This document shows, piece by piece, positions 10,169 through 20,035 of a stretch of DNA of 64,000 nucleotides. The position numbers were made by a program, and so were the translations under genes. This DNA comes from a virus. Within the stretch, counting starts at the first letter, position 1, and each line of letters begins with the position of its first letter. The notes beneath the pieces were generated by a model. That model was not told the DNA's origin, did no database searches, and saw only the letters and a list, made by a program, of their open reading frames with translations. Location of the stretch: positions 32,001-96,000 of IMG/VR virus record IMGVR_UViG_3300026544_000001, one strand, 5' to 3'.

Positions 10169-10423
10169 TTAACTAGTTAATTTTTCACTTAATATTTCTT
10201 TTACTATACCTGTTAGTGATGTTGCTATTTGTTCTTCTACCTCTATTTTTATAATTTCTAACCTACTTTTCAATATACTATCTAATTCCAATTCTACAAT
10301 AGTATATACTTTATCTGCTAGACTATCAGACTCCCATATATCCAATCGTTCTATTTCATTATCTATATATTTTTCAAGTGATTGTTTTACTATATCGTTA
10401 GTTATATCTATAGTTATATTCAT
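10169..10423 (-). CDS. Hypothetical protein
   Basis: ORF with RBS. Confidence 0.6.
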   Translation of the reverse strand: MNITIDITNDIVKQSLEKYIDNEIERLDIWESDSLADKVYTIVELELDSILKSRLEIIKIEVEEQIATSLTGIVKEILSEKLTS

Positions 10424-10428
10424 TTTAT

Positions 10429-10674
10429 TTACCTCTTTATGTTATTTTCTTTCCATTCTACCCATTTACCTTTAGCTTTTAAAGCTATACTGGCAGGTCC
10501 ATTAGTTGTATAGTATGGCTCTTTACAGTAATACCATATACAATTATCGTCTTTATTAAAATAAATATATTCATCATAATCCGGAAATCCCCAATTTATA
10601 TTACATAGTTTTAGATCAGGGTTTAATTCGAATAGAAATAGTAGTTTAGTTTTTATTCTTTCCATTCTAACCAT
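10429..10674 (-). CDS. Hypothetical protein, tandem paralog of 10653..10871
   Basis: KLLFLFxxNPDLKL...EYIYFNK...GxWxEWKE present in both. Confidence 0.75.
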   Translation of the reverse strand: MVRMERIKTKLLFLFELNPDLKLCNINWGFPDYDEYIYFNKDDNCIWYYCKEPYYTTNGPASIALKAKGKWVEWKENNIKR

Positions 10675-10871
10675 TCTCCGGTATAATCTAAAGCTGTATA
10701 TGCTGGTTCATCTAATTTATCTATTTCATTGTGATTACAATAATAATGGATTTTGTTAGTTCTTTTATTAAAATATATGTATTCTATACACCCTACATCT
10801 TCCCAAGCTGTGTTATATAACTTAAGGTCAGGATTCATATTGAATAAGAATAATAGTTTATTTTTCATCAT
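10653..10871 (-). CDS. Hypothetical protein, tandem paralog of 10429..10674
   Basis: Same motifs as 10429..10674. Confidence 0.75.
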   Translation of the reverse strand: MMKNKLLFLFNMNPDLKLYNTAWEDVGCIEYIYFNKRTNKIHYYCNHNEIDKLDEPAYTALDYTGEWLEWKE

Positions 10872-11712
10872 AGTCCCAATTTAACCAAAATGCTTTAGAG
10901 TTAAAGTTGTGTGTTCTATTGTAAGTAGTACACATATCTACTTCATGTGATAATGCTCCTAGTACTAATAATATTCCTGCTATTATAATCAATGATATAG
11001 CTTTCATTACAGTTCCTTAATGAGTAAAGATGTATAGATTATTATTCCAGGATTGCCACTTGGTTGGCATACTGATACTGGTTGCTGAGTAATTACTTTT
11101 ACATTATGTGTAGTTCTAAGTTCATTTATCTTAGCTGCTGTTTTATCTAATGAGGTAGCAAAGTTAATATATTTGCCTTGTTGATATGGTTTAGTTATAC
11201 CTAGATTAGTCATTAGTTACTCCATTTTTTAACTTCTTTGATTCTATCTTCTAAAGCTTTGTATGTTTTCTTTAATAAAGTAGATGTCTTACCTATCGGG
11301 TACCTACCTTGATAGATGCGAACTATAGATTTCATATCATATAGTTTAGCTATAGGATATGTATTTAGGTTATCTAGTGTATTGTTACAACTAAATACTA
11401 CTTGTTCTTCTGTATGTTCTCTCATATTAGTTCCTTGTGTTAAATTTATTATTTATGTCATCCAGCTCCCGCATATGGATAGACTGCTATTCCCACTAAG
11501 TTTCGACACCTATTGATCAAGTAGGTCTGAATAGCTCCCAACTGTTTATTATAAATCAAATTGTTTATAGTTTAATATATCACATATATGTTGTGCATCT
11601 TCTTTTGTTTTAAAATAAATTTTACATAATGAGTATTGTAAATCATCTGTGTTACAATTAAATGCACGTGATCCTGTTAATGTATAATTAGCTAATAGTT
11701 CATCTATTGTCA

Positions 11713-12318
11713 TTACTCTATACCAAATTCAGATAAAGTATCTAATAGTCCTTGCATATCACATTCAGATAGATTTAGTTTACGATATGTTTGTTCACAT
11801 TGTTTATAGATATTTTCACCTTTACGCATAGATTCAATATTGTCTACATAACCAAAGTCCTCTAAAAAGTCGTCCATAGTGTACTGAATGAATAATAATG
11901 CATTTTCTAGTATTGCTCTAAAAGCAAATAGGAGATATTCATCTGATAACTGTTTAGGTAATAGAGGGTTAAGTATACTAATATGGTTTCCTGTATTGTA
12001 TATTTTATAGTTAAACGTTTTTCTATACTCTAGTTCAAGCTGATTATTATCGGAGCTGCAGATGGTAGTGATTTGTGACTTATCTATATCTTTTGGTATT
12101 TCAATTTTCCAATGAATATTCTTTTGGTTAAGAACATTTTCTTTTAAAAACTGAGCTGATTGATGGTATTGATATGACTCATTATCGATTAATATATTAT
12201 ACTTAGGGCATAGTATATAGTGAGTAGATTTATAATCTTGTAGTTTATAGTCTGATTTGACTACAGTATCAAATTGGGATGATATATTAAATTTATTTAT
12301 TAGTTCTTGTTTAGTCAT
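11713..12318 (-). CDS. Phage hypothetical protein (DDFxxxFGY family)
   Basis: C-terminal DDFLEDFGY...IYKQC motif. Confidence 0.7.
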   Translation of the reverse strand: MTKQELINKFNISSQFDTVVKSDYKLQDYKSTHYILCPKYNILIDNESYQYHQSAQFLKENVLNQKNIHWKIEIPKDIDKSQITTICSSDNNQLELEYRKTFNYKIYNTGNHISILNPLLPKQLSDEYLLFAFRAILENALLFIQYTMDDFLEDFGYVDNIESMRKGENIYKQCEQTYRKLNLSECDMQGLLDTLSEFGIE

Positions 12319-12639
12319 TACTATTCCTTATTTAATTTAAGGTTGTCTCTTTAGCATATTGCTTAATTAACCTAATTACATTTTTAGTATATTTATAATC
12401 ATAACCTATGTGAAGTAATACTTTTTCTAAAAATATAGTATCGTTTCTAAATATATCTAAAGCTTTTGCTATTTGATATCCTGATGTTTTATTAATATTT
12501 ACTTGCGTTCTAATAGATCCAATTATGGCATAATATAATTCTGTTTTATCTTCTTTTTCTTGTCTTGTTAATCGCATATTATCAATAAGAGATTCTGGAG
12601 GTAGAGATAATTGTATCATTATTATTCCTTATATTAAGG

Positions 12640-12718
12640 TGGTGAAGTAGGTAGATACTCGAAATCTACAATTCTCACTTAAAAGGCGAGTGTCAATTAC
12701 CGCTTAGACTACTACTTC
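12640..12718 (-). tRNA. tRNA-Lys(UUU), atypical
   Basis: Acceptor stem GAAGTAG/CTACTTC plus ACCA; D-arm GTC..GAC; anticodon arm CTCGC-CTTTTAA-GTGAG; T-loop TTCGAGT. Confidence 0.8.
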
Positions 12719-13047
12719 ATTTGTAGTTGAGCAGGCTAGGTCTCAACTGGTCTTTATAGCCAAGTACTATGTACTAAGGAGTTACCTATGAAAACATATG
12801 AATCCAAAGGATACAGGATTTCACTGCATGCACCTCCATCTTGCATATGAGGCTCTGGGTGTATTACTCTTTCCATCTCCATAGAGATGTAATTAAGAAT
12901 CTAGTGCCATTGGTATCTTCAATAGGTACTAGATGTTGTGCTGTAAGTTCTATAGTGTATCCTGAAGATACCCAAGTTCGTATTTTCTTTTGTGTATCAT
13001 GTATGGTTTCTTCCATACATACGAATTCTTTTTTCATTAGTTATCCT

Positions 13048-13482
13048 TTAATTAAAGCAATTATCTTTAAAATCTTCTATTGCTTCTTCTTTTTCAGTCT
13101 TTACATAATCTCTAATTGATTTAATTATGTTTAGTTCTTCATCAGATACTAGATTAGAAGATACTCTTCTTTTTCCTGTGTCCCAACCTTCTCGTAATCC
13201 ATTAAGGTATAGATTTAAGTCTCGTTTAGTATATGGTATTATTGTATGTACAGTACATATTGTTCTAAAATGTGGTTTACTCCATTCGCTAAATTGATTC
13301 CATTTAATATCCAGTACTCCCCATACACCTTTATCTGAAGGGTGTTTATCATTTGTACCTATATAGATATCTACTTCTGCATATAATGCTGCATATACTT
13401 CTACTTTTATGGTATCAAATAGTTTAAAGTTTTTATTGTTCGATACATCATTATAATTTGAATACTTTAGCGGTATTTTCAT
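13048..13482 (-). CDS. Hypothetical protein
   Basis: ORF preceded by AAAGGATAATTAATG. Confidence 0.7.
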   Translation of the reverse strand: MKIPLKYSNYNDVSNNKNFKLFDTIKVEVYAALYAEVDIYIGTNDKHPSDKGVWGVLDIKWNQFSEWSKPHFRTICTVHTIIPYTKRDLNLYLNGLREGWDTGKRRVSSNLVSDEELNIIKSIRDYVKTEKEEAIEDFKDNCFN

Positions 13483-14071
13483 TAATTATCCTTTGTATCG
13501 AAATATTTGCTGTTTATAATTAGATAGTAACTATCTCTTACACCTTCTATGTAATCATAACTATAACCTTGATTTCTTAAATCTGTTAAATATGCTTCCT
13601 CTTCCATTAATTATCCTTTATGTTAATATTCAATAGTTATAAAATCATTTTTCCATAGATATATTTTACCTATTGATGAAACAAATACTAAATCTTCATT
13701 AAATGTAAATACTATTTACGTACTCCGTTAGTATACCTTTTAACACTTTCTGTAGCCTTAATTAAAATACCTTTATCTGCCATAACTTCAAATACTTGTA
13801 AGTCTATCTCCATCTTTAGTTTACTGTTAGTATCTTGTAGTTGTATTTTCATTAGTTATCCTTTTGTGTTAAATTACTCTAGTAGGTATATATCAATGAT
13901 GTTGTTTAGCCTAACACCATTGAGTGTTTACTTAGTAAAACCAAACTTTAAAAGTATGGTAATTAAATCTCAATATTGCAAATCTAATAACACTTATTGT
14001 GTTTATTTTGATTAAGACTAGACATCTTATATGGCTCTGGTTTGTTTCTGATGTATACCTGCTAGAATAAT

Positions 14072-14326
14072 CTAGCTAATGTTAGCTTTTATTCTAGTTG
14101 CGAATTGTCTTAGTTCTTTCTTTAGCTGCCCTCTACCTTTAGATGATATAACCTCATCACATAGTTTGATCACAATAGATTGCTTAGTAGTCATATACTG
14201 TATAAACTGTATAGATTCTTGTATGTGTTTGTCTTTTAGTAATTCTTGTTCTTTTGTGTTACATAGCTTATTGTACTTACGGATGAGAGTTTTAAGTTGA
14301 CGCTTGTTAGTATATAGTTTAGGCAT
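14072..14326 (-). CDS. Basic hypothetical protein
   Basis: ORF with RBS. Confidence 0.65.
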   Translation of the reverse strand: MPKLYTNKRQLKTLIRKYNKLCNTKEQELLKDKHIQESIQFIQYMTTKQSIVIKLCDEVISSKGRGQLKKELRQFATRIKANIS

Positions 14327-14329
14327 TAA

Positions 14330-15058
14330 TTATCCTTTGATAATACTAGGATGTTCTCCTACAAATGGTTCACAATAGATATATCTTGTGTTTTCATCAG
14401 TATAATAGCAATCGTATTCTGTGTGACTAAATTGTCTTAAATCAGGTTCTTTTCGTTTTTTACAGTCATAGAACCAACACCACTCACCTTTAGATGGCTC
14501 CCATGGTTTTAACTCATCTGCATGAAACACTTCATTAGCAAAGCCCTTTTCTCGTATTACATATGATTCATCCCATGTTTGACTTTTTTCATTTACTATG
14601 AGTATTCTATATGGATGTTTAGATTGTGAATATCTTACTAATTTATTTCTATCTACATCTGAAAATTCTGTCATTTTATCTACTAATGGAGTAACCCAGT
14701 CACCTACTTGGTACTGTGGCTCATCTGGTTTGATACGAAATTCTATATCAGAATATTGCAAGCTACTTCTAAATTCTTTTATAGTTGTATCTATCCATTC
14801 TGTTTTGTGATTACACTCTTCTACAGTATCCCCAAAGTGATTGTATGTTCTATATTGAATTTGTTTGCCCTCTATTTCTGCCTTCTTGTATTCAGCATAT
14901 TTATCGTTGATAACATATTCACATTCAATGTTCCAAGTTGGTTGAGCACTTAAATTCCATTTGTTTAAACTACCTTTACACCATATCTCAGCTCCTTCTG
15001 GTTTATCTTTCCACCATGCAAGCGCTTCCCAATGTTTATTTAATGCTTCTTTTGTCAT
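14330..15058 (-). CDS. Phage hypothetical protein, paralog of 28..576 (probable start MTKEAL)
   Basis: AAGGAG RBS before the ATG at 15058; shared motifs with 28..576. Confidence 0.8.
   Translation of the reverse strand: MTKEALNKHWEALAWWKDKPEGAEIWCKGSLNKWNLSAQPTWNIECEYVINDKYAEYKKAEIEGKQIQYRTYNHFGDTVEECNHKTEWIDTTIKEFRSSLQYSDIEFRIKPDEPQYQVGDWVTPLVDKMTEFSDVDRNKLVRYSQSKHPYRILIVNEKSQTWDESYVIREKGFANEVFHADELKPWEPSKGEWCWFYDCKKRKEPDLRQFSHTEYDCYYTDENTRYIYCEPFVGEHPSIIKG
14902..15003. repeat. 102-bp dispersed direct repeat, copy 2
   Basis: Matches 468..569 with one mismatch. Confidence 0.9.
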
Positions 15059-15683
15059 TTTAGTTCTCCTTAATTTAATATTCTTATATGAGTAGTGAAT
15101 GGAAGAAACACTACTCATATAAAGATAAGTAGTCATACATTCCTATGTCCAGTGACAGTGAGGCAATTAAAGGTAGCTTACTCCTGTATTAATTGGTTAA
15201 CGTATGACTATATCTAGTTTCAAAATTTAGTTTATTACAATAGTTATGCCAATAATTATTGTATTAGTATGACCTACGTCAGGGACTTAGCTAACTGTAT
15301 ATGTTATATGTGCACTTGATTTATGCCATTGTATGTCTAGTATATCTACTACTGATTGTCCATCTCTAGTTACTACTTTAGCAAAATCTTTTAGTACTGC
15401 TTCAGGTTCTGATCCTTGTATTTTAATTACGTTAAAACGTAGATCACCTTTATATGTTATAGTTGTATGTTTCACTAGTTATCCTTATATTTAGTTAGTA
15501 CTTTATTAACTTCTATTGCAATTGTTGCTTCAATAAGTTCGTATAACTGTTTAGTTGTTATACTTTTATATTGATCATAGTTTATATTCATCGGTAAATG
15601 AGGATCTGACAGCTTGATATAACTAAAGTCTCCTGTATCACATACTATTGCTACTTCTGTTTCTTTATATTTAATCATAAATG

Positions 15684-16160
15684 TTATCCATGTTTAATAA
15701 GGAAAGCTATGTATTTAGCTCTGCTTTTAGTTTGTTTAGCATATAGACTATCTAGTAATCTATTAGATGCGGCCTTGTAGTATTTATTTTTAATACACCA
15801 TATCATGTCTTTAAAGGTAAGAAGTCCTGTATACCCTATATTATATGCTAAATCTATTATAGCTACTTGTCTTACAGGGTTTAGTTTATTAAACCAATCT
15901 AGGTTATCTAATCTATGCCTAAGTCTAATAAGTCTGAACTGTAGTAGGTAAAGTGCTTCTTCTTTAGATATACCATGTGTTAGATTAGTACCATACCCAA
16001 TAGATATTCCATTAATGTCTACATATGGAGTAGATACAAATCCTTCATGTTTCTGTATTAGTGTGGTTGCTGTATTAAGAACAGAGTCTGCTATTAATAG
16101 CCGGAAGGAGAATAGTAGTATAAGTAGGTATCTCATTGTTTTATACCAGTGATTGTACAA
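15684..16160 (-). CDS. GH24 (T4-type) lysozyme with N-terminal signal-like sequence
   Basis: HEGF..PYVD...IGYG, RQVAIIDLAYNIG and DSLYAKQ..RA motifs; hydrophobic MRYLLILLFSF leader. Confidence 0.88.
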   Translation of the reverse strand: MYNHWYKTMRYLLILLFSFRLLIADSVLNTATTLIQKHEGFVSTPYVDINGISIGYGTNLTHGISKEEALYLLQFRLIRLRHRLDNLDWFNKLNPVRQVAIIDLAYNIGYTGLLTFKDMIWCIKNKYYKAASNRLLDSLYAKQTKSRAKYIAFLIKHG

Positions 16161-16507
16161 TCTTTAAAATTCCAGTAATGTAGGTTCAACTTTAAGTTAA
16201 TACTATTTATCTCTTTACCAATAAAACACCCGTTTTTATTATCATATATAATATACCAACTATTTAAATCTTTTAAAATATCTCCACCTTTTCCATCTTC
16301 ACTTAAACTAGCGAATATTTTATTATTGTTAGAATCTAGCATATTAGAAAAGTGGATTGATAGGGTTGATTGATCGATTTCAGTATTGAAAGGTTCATCA
16401 ACATCATAATTAACAATATTTCTTGTATAATCATCAGCGTAGCAATATCCTTCTACCCACTCATCACTGTTTAATTTTTTTGCTCGGTATATTGGTATTT
16501 GTGTCAT
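16133..16507 (-). CDS. YopX-like protein
   Basis: YRAKK...EWVEG...IDQSTL...DSNNNKIF...GDI. Confidence 0.75.
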   Translation of the reverse strand: MTQIPIYRAKKLNSDEWVEGYCYADDYTRNIVNYDVDEPFNTEIDQSTLSIHFSNMLDSNNNKIFASLSEDGKGGDILKDLNSWYIIYDNKNGCFIGKEINSINLKLNLHYWNFKDCTITGIKQ

Positions 16508-17462
16508 AATTACTCCTTTATAGGTACTATTTGTATTATTCCTAATATTATAGCTAACACTCCTGTTGTAGTTGGGCCAAATGCTAAATAAGATCCTCCT
16601 AGTACAAGAGGTATAGCTAATATTACATTGTGATTATATATTGTTTTCATAGATATTTCCTTATTAATGTTTCTAGCTCTTGTGTAGATAATGTAGTATG
16701 AATACCAAAGCAATTACCTTCAGCTAGATTGAGAAGGTATATTAGATATGCTCTATACATAGTTTATCCTTATAAGGAAGCTAATAGTTCTTCTTTAGAG
16801 AAGAATACTTTATTATTATTACTTCTAGTGAATTGTCCATCACATAGATCATTGAAATATAGTGTTATACCTGCATCTTTAATTATACTTACTTCAACTA
16901 GTTCTGCTTCAGTTACTTTATTATTGTGCATGAAATACATAGTTTGACCTAATGTATATTCTATTGGGCTATATGTATCTTGTGTGATTGTTATTGTCAT
17001 AATTTATCCTTAATTATTTCTTCTAGTATTAATATGTTATTAGAAGGTACTGTTATGTTATAGGTTATATCTTTATAGGTTAATACAAGATTACTATCTT
17101 TATTAAAATCTATTTTAGAATTTGTAAACTTTAGTTTATTCTTAAAGAAGTATCCATGATCTTTATAAGTATTAGAATATATCTCAACTAGCTGATTATG
17201 TCTATCTTCATTTGATATAATTTCTAATTTATTCATAACTGCTCCTTAGTTTAATGTTGCTACTACTTTGCAGTGTTCGTCTCTAGTTATTACACTATTG
17301 CCTATGAGTGTGTAGTATAGTATAGAATAGTTAGTAACTGTCCCTTGTCTATGTACTGTTATATATTTCTTACTTTGTTTAATAGTCATGACTATAGTCC
17401 ATACTCTACTAGAGTAAGAAGTATATTTAGATCTAAATCTATAATTGGTGTGTAATCTAATA

Positions 17463-17846
17463 TCATTTGTTATCCTTTACTAATGAATTAAAGTGATAGT
17501 GTCCATCTAGTTTAGTTACTTTAGGATGTTCACTTTTAAGAAGTTGTTTAAGCTGTTTATTATATGTACCATTGATCTTTGTAACTACATTTAAATTAAT
17601 ATCTGATAATAGATCTTCTGTTATTTTGCCATTCTTTTCTAGTAAAGATAATGAGTCCATATCAAATATTGCGTATCTTGTTACTTTGTTATCTGTAGGA
17701 GCTAGATGTTTATATACATCTATAGTATTTGTTCTAGGAGCATACCTAACATCATACAATGTATTAGCTAAATTGTTTATATCTTCTTTAAGTTGTTGTT
17801 CTGCTTTTTTATACTGTTTGTATTGTTCTCTTAATGTTTGTTTCAT
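17463..17846 (-). CDS. Hypothetical protein
   Basis: ORF with RBS. Confidence 0.65.
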   Translation of the reverse strand: MKQTLREQYKQYKKAEQQLKEDINNLANTLYDVRYAPRTNTIDVYKHLAPTDNKVTRYAIFDMDSLSLLEKNGKITEDLLSDINLNVVTKINGTYNKQLKQLLKSEHPKVTKLDGHYHFNSLVKDNK

Positions 17847-17866
17847 TTATTATCCTTTATTTATTG

Positions 17867-18175
17867 TTATGCCCATATCTCTGTTATTCTACCTAATGAA
17901 GGAGTAGGTATACTTAGTTTATTGTATAGATCAGTAATAAGACTAGATTTGATATGTGTGTCTTTTCTTAGAGCTGAGTTATTAGCTTTAAGTAAATCTA
18001 TTTGTGTATCTTTCTCTTTGCACTGATCCAGAAGATCCTCTACTAGTTCATTTCTATGATCTAGTTGATTACGTAGCAGTGCAATAAGATCGTCTTGGTC
18101 TTGTAGTTCTTTGTTAATAGCTGCTGCATGTTCCGCTGGTAGTGTATAAGTGTTGGTTAATTTATTAAATTTCAT
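17867..18175 (-). CDS. Coiled-coil hypothetical protein
   Basis: Heptad pattern; AAGGAG RBS. Confidence 0.65.
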   Translation of the reverse strand: MKFNKLTNTYTLPAEHAAAINKELQDQDDLIALLRNQLDHRNELVEDLLDQCKEKDTQIDLLKANNSALRKDTHIKSSLITDLYNKLSIPTPSLGRITEIWA

Positions 18176-18821
18176 AATGTCTCCTTTAGTTAGATGTATA
18201 TACTGTTATAAGTTTAACGTAGAAAAAATCGTTAATACTCGTTAAAAAATCTTCTGCATGTTCTATAGATTCAAATTTATACGCTTCGCTAGTACATTCT
18301 ACATATGTTATTTCATCTGATTCTATATCTATATATCGTTCAGAACCTATGCTCTGTAAAACAAATTCTTTTTTCATAGTGTCTCCTTTATATTAAGTGA
18401 TTGTATTGCTAAGTGTAATGTTGGATAGCGTGTAGGTTCTGTAGTTTGATTAAGTTGTAGTTGTGGTCTAGTGTTAAATCTAACTACACAAAATGTGTTA
18501 GTGATTGTATCAAGTCCTATGAACTGATGGTTGTGAGTTACATAAATCTGATAGTTATATGATCTAGCTAATTCATTTAGATTATCGTACTGATGAAATG
18601 CTAACATTTTGTCTCCTTTTAGTGTATAATAGAACTTTTAGTTACTTGTTCCTTTATACCACTATCTGTTAGATGATATGCTTGTAGGCAGTAATCATTA
18701 AAAGATTCTGGTGTATAATTTTCATCTACTACAGCAGCAACTCTTAGATAATCTATATATAGTTTAAGTAACTTATCTCTGTTATTTTCTATGAATTCCT
18801 CTTGGGTATATATTCTTGTCA

Positions 18822-19133
18822 TTACTTCCTCCTGTTATATTTTCTTTTAGCTGGATTGGCATGTTCTATGAATACTAGATCAGATACATCTCGTAAAGTA
18901 TATTGATGTGTATCTTCTAGAGGTTTATAGTACTTTTTTAGTTTAGCTGTGAATTTACATCTACGTTTGTTATTACGATAGATTCCTCTTAATGCTTTCT
19001 GTAGATTGGGTGTTAGTTCAACCCAGCAATGGTCTCTATCTAGGTCTAGTGCTTTAACATGTGTTAATAGTACTAGAGTAGTAGTTGGGTTAATATAACG
19101 TAAGTTTGGTGTTAAATATGCTTTAACTTCCAT
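18822..19133 (-). CDS. Hypothetical protein, similar to 51580..52005
   Basis: LLTHV...DHCWV...FTAKLKKY versus LLTDV...EYVWV...LTGEVHKY. Confidence 0.7.
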   Translation of the reverse strand: MEVKAYLTPNLRYINPTTTLVLLTHVKALDLDRDHCWVELTPNLQKALRGIYRNNKRRCKFTAKLKKYYKPLEDTHQYTLRDVSDLVFIEHANPAKRKYNRRK

Positions 19134-19162
19134 ATGAAGATCTCCTTGATTAAAAATTGATT

Positions 19163-19193
19163 AAAAAATAAGAATACTAATTAAAGTATTCTT
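19163..19193 (-). terminator. Probable intrinsic terminator
   Basis: aagaatact-aattaa-agtattctt hairpin followed by a T-rich tract on the minus strand, just after the HNH gene. Confidence 0.55.
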
Positions 19194-19197
19194 GAGT

Positions 19198-19656
19198 TTA
19201 CACTAATGGTAAATATGTAGTTTTTCTATCATATCCATAGTGATTATGTTGTCGTTGGTGACATCCATTTATTCCACCACATAGTATACGAACATCTCGT
19301 ATATCTTCTTGTCCAAGTCTGACGTAACTTATATGATGTAAATTTAGATTATTAGTTGATCCACATATCTCACATTTATTGTTTACTATAAGCATTCTGT
19401 CTTTCTTTAATTGTTTCCAGTAATTAGATTGCATATGCTTTAGTTTAGCTTCTCTAGATATAAACATAGAAGCATGATATTCTTCATTATCTGTTCTAGC
19501 AGTATTAAGCCAATTACTTTTACTTGGATTCTTAGCTGAAAAAATAAATAATAGCGGTATGAATATTATAAAACCTATAAAAAAAGAATCTGTTAAAGAT
19601 CCTATTGTACATGCTATTATAAGTGGTACTATTTCATTAAATTGTTCTGTTGTCAT
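19198..19656 (-). CDS. HNH endonuclease with N-terminal transmembrane segment(s)
   Basis: CEICG...LNLHHISY...LC...CHQRQH; hydrophobic N-terminus. Confidence 0.8.
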   Translation of the reverse strand: MTTEQFNEIVPLIIACTIGSLTDSFFIGFIIFIPLLFIFSAKNPSKSNWLNTARTDNEEYHASMFISREAKLKHMQSNYWKQLKKDRMLIVNNKCEICGSTNNLNLHHISYVRLGQEDIRDVRILCGGINGCHQRQHNHYGYDRKTTYLPLV

Positions 19657-19690
19657 TACATCTCCTAGAGCAAAAAAAGAAATAGACTAA

Positions 19691-20026
19691 TTAAAGTCTA
19701 AATCCTGTACATCCTAATATTTTTCCATGTTCATCTTTCTGAACTTGTCCTGGTGCTACTACATCTGTTCTATCCTTATCCTTACAATTAAGAGCTAAGG
19801 CACTAATAATGTAAATAGTATTAGGCTTAGGCTCTGGCAGATAGTCAATATCTCCACTTATTGTTTTATATATAGGTAAATTAGATTGTTTACTTACTCG
19901 TTTTCTATTAGTTGTACATCTTACAACTATACCTGATTTAGGTATAGTTATTCCTGTTGATACTTCTGTTATATCGTGCTTAGTTAGATTTATATAGTTA
20001 ATTCCATTGTGTGTTGTTTGTTTCAT
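19691..20026 (-). CDS. Conserved phage protein (INLTxHxI...LPEPxxxTIYI family)
   Basis: Motifs typical of this widespread family. Confidence 0.8.
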   Translation of the reverse strand: MKQTTHNGINYINLTKHDITEVSTGITIPKSGIVVRCTTNRKRVSKQSNLPIYKTISGDIDYLPEPKPNTIYIISALALNCKDKDRTDVVAPGQVQKDEHGKILGCTGFRL

Positions 20027-20035
20027 ATTTGCTCC

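Noticed and set aside
11480-11540. Hammerhead ribozyme
   Set aside because: GAAAC follows a stem, but the CUGANGA core is absent.
468-15003. Diversity-generating retroelement TR/VR pair (also prompted by the Mtd-like N-terminus at 35033)
   Set aside because: Only one mismatch, both copies lie at the 5' end of coding genes, and no reverse transcriptase is visible in the window.
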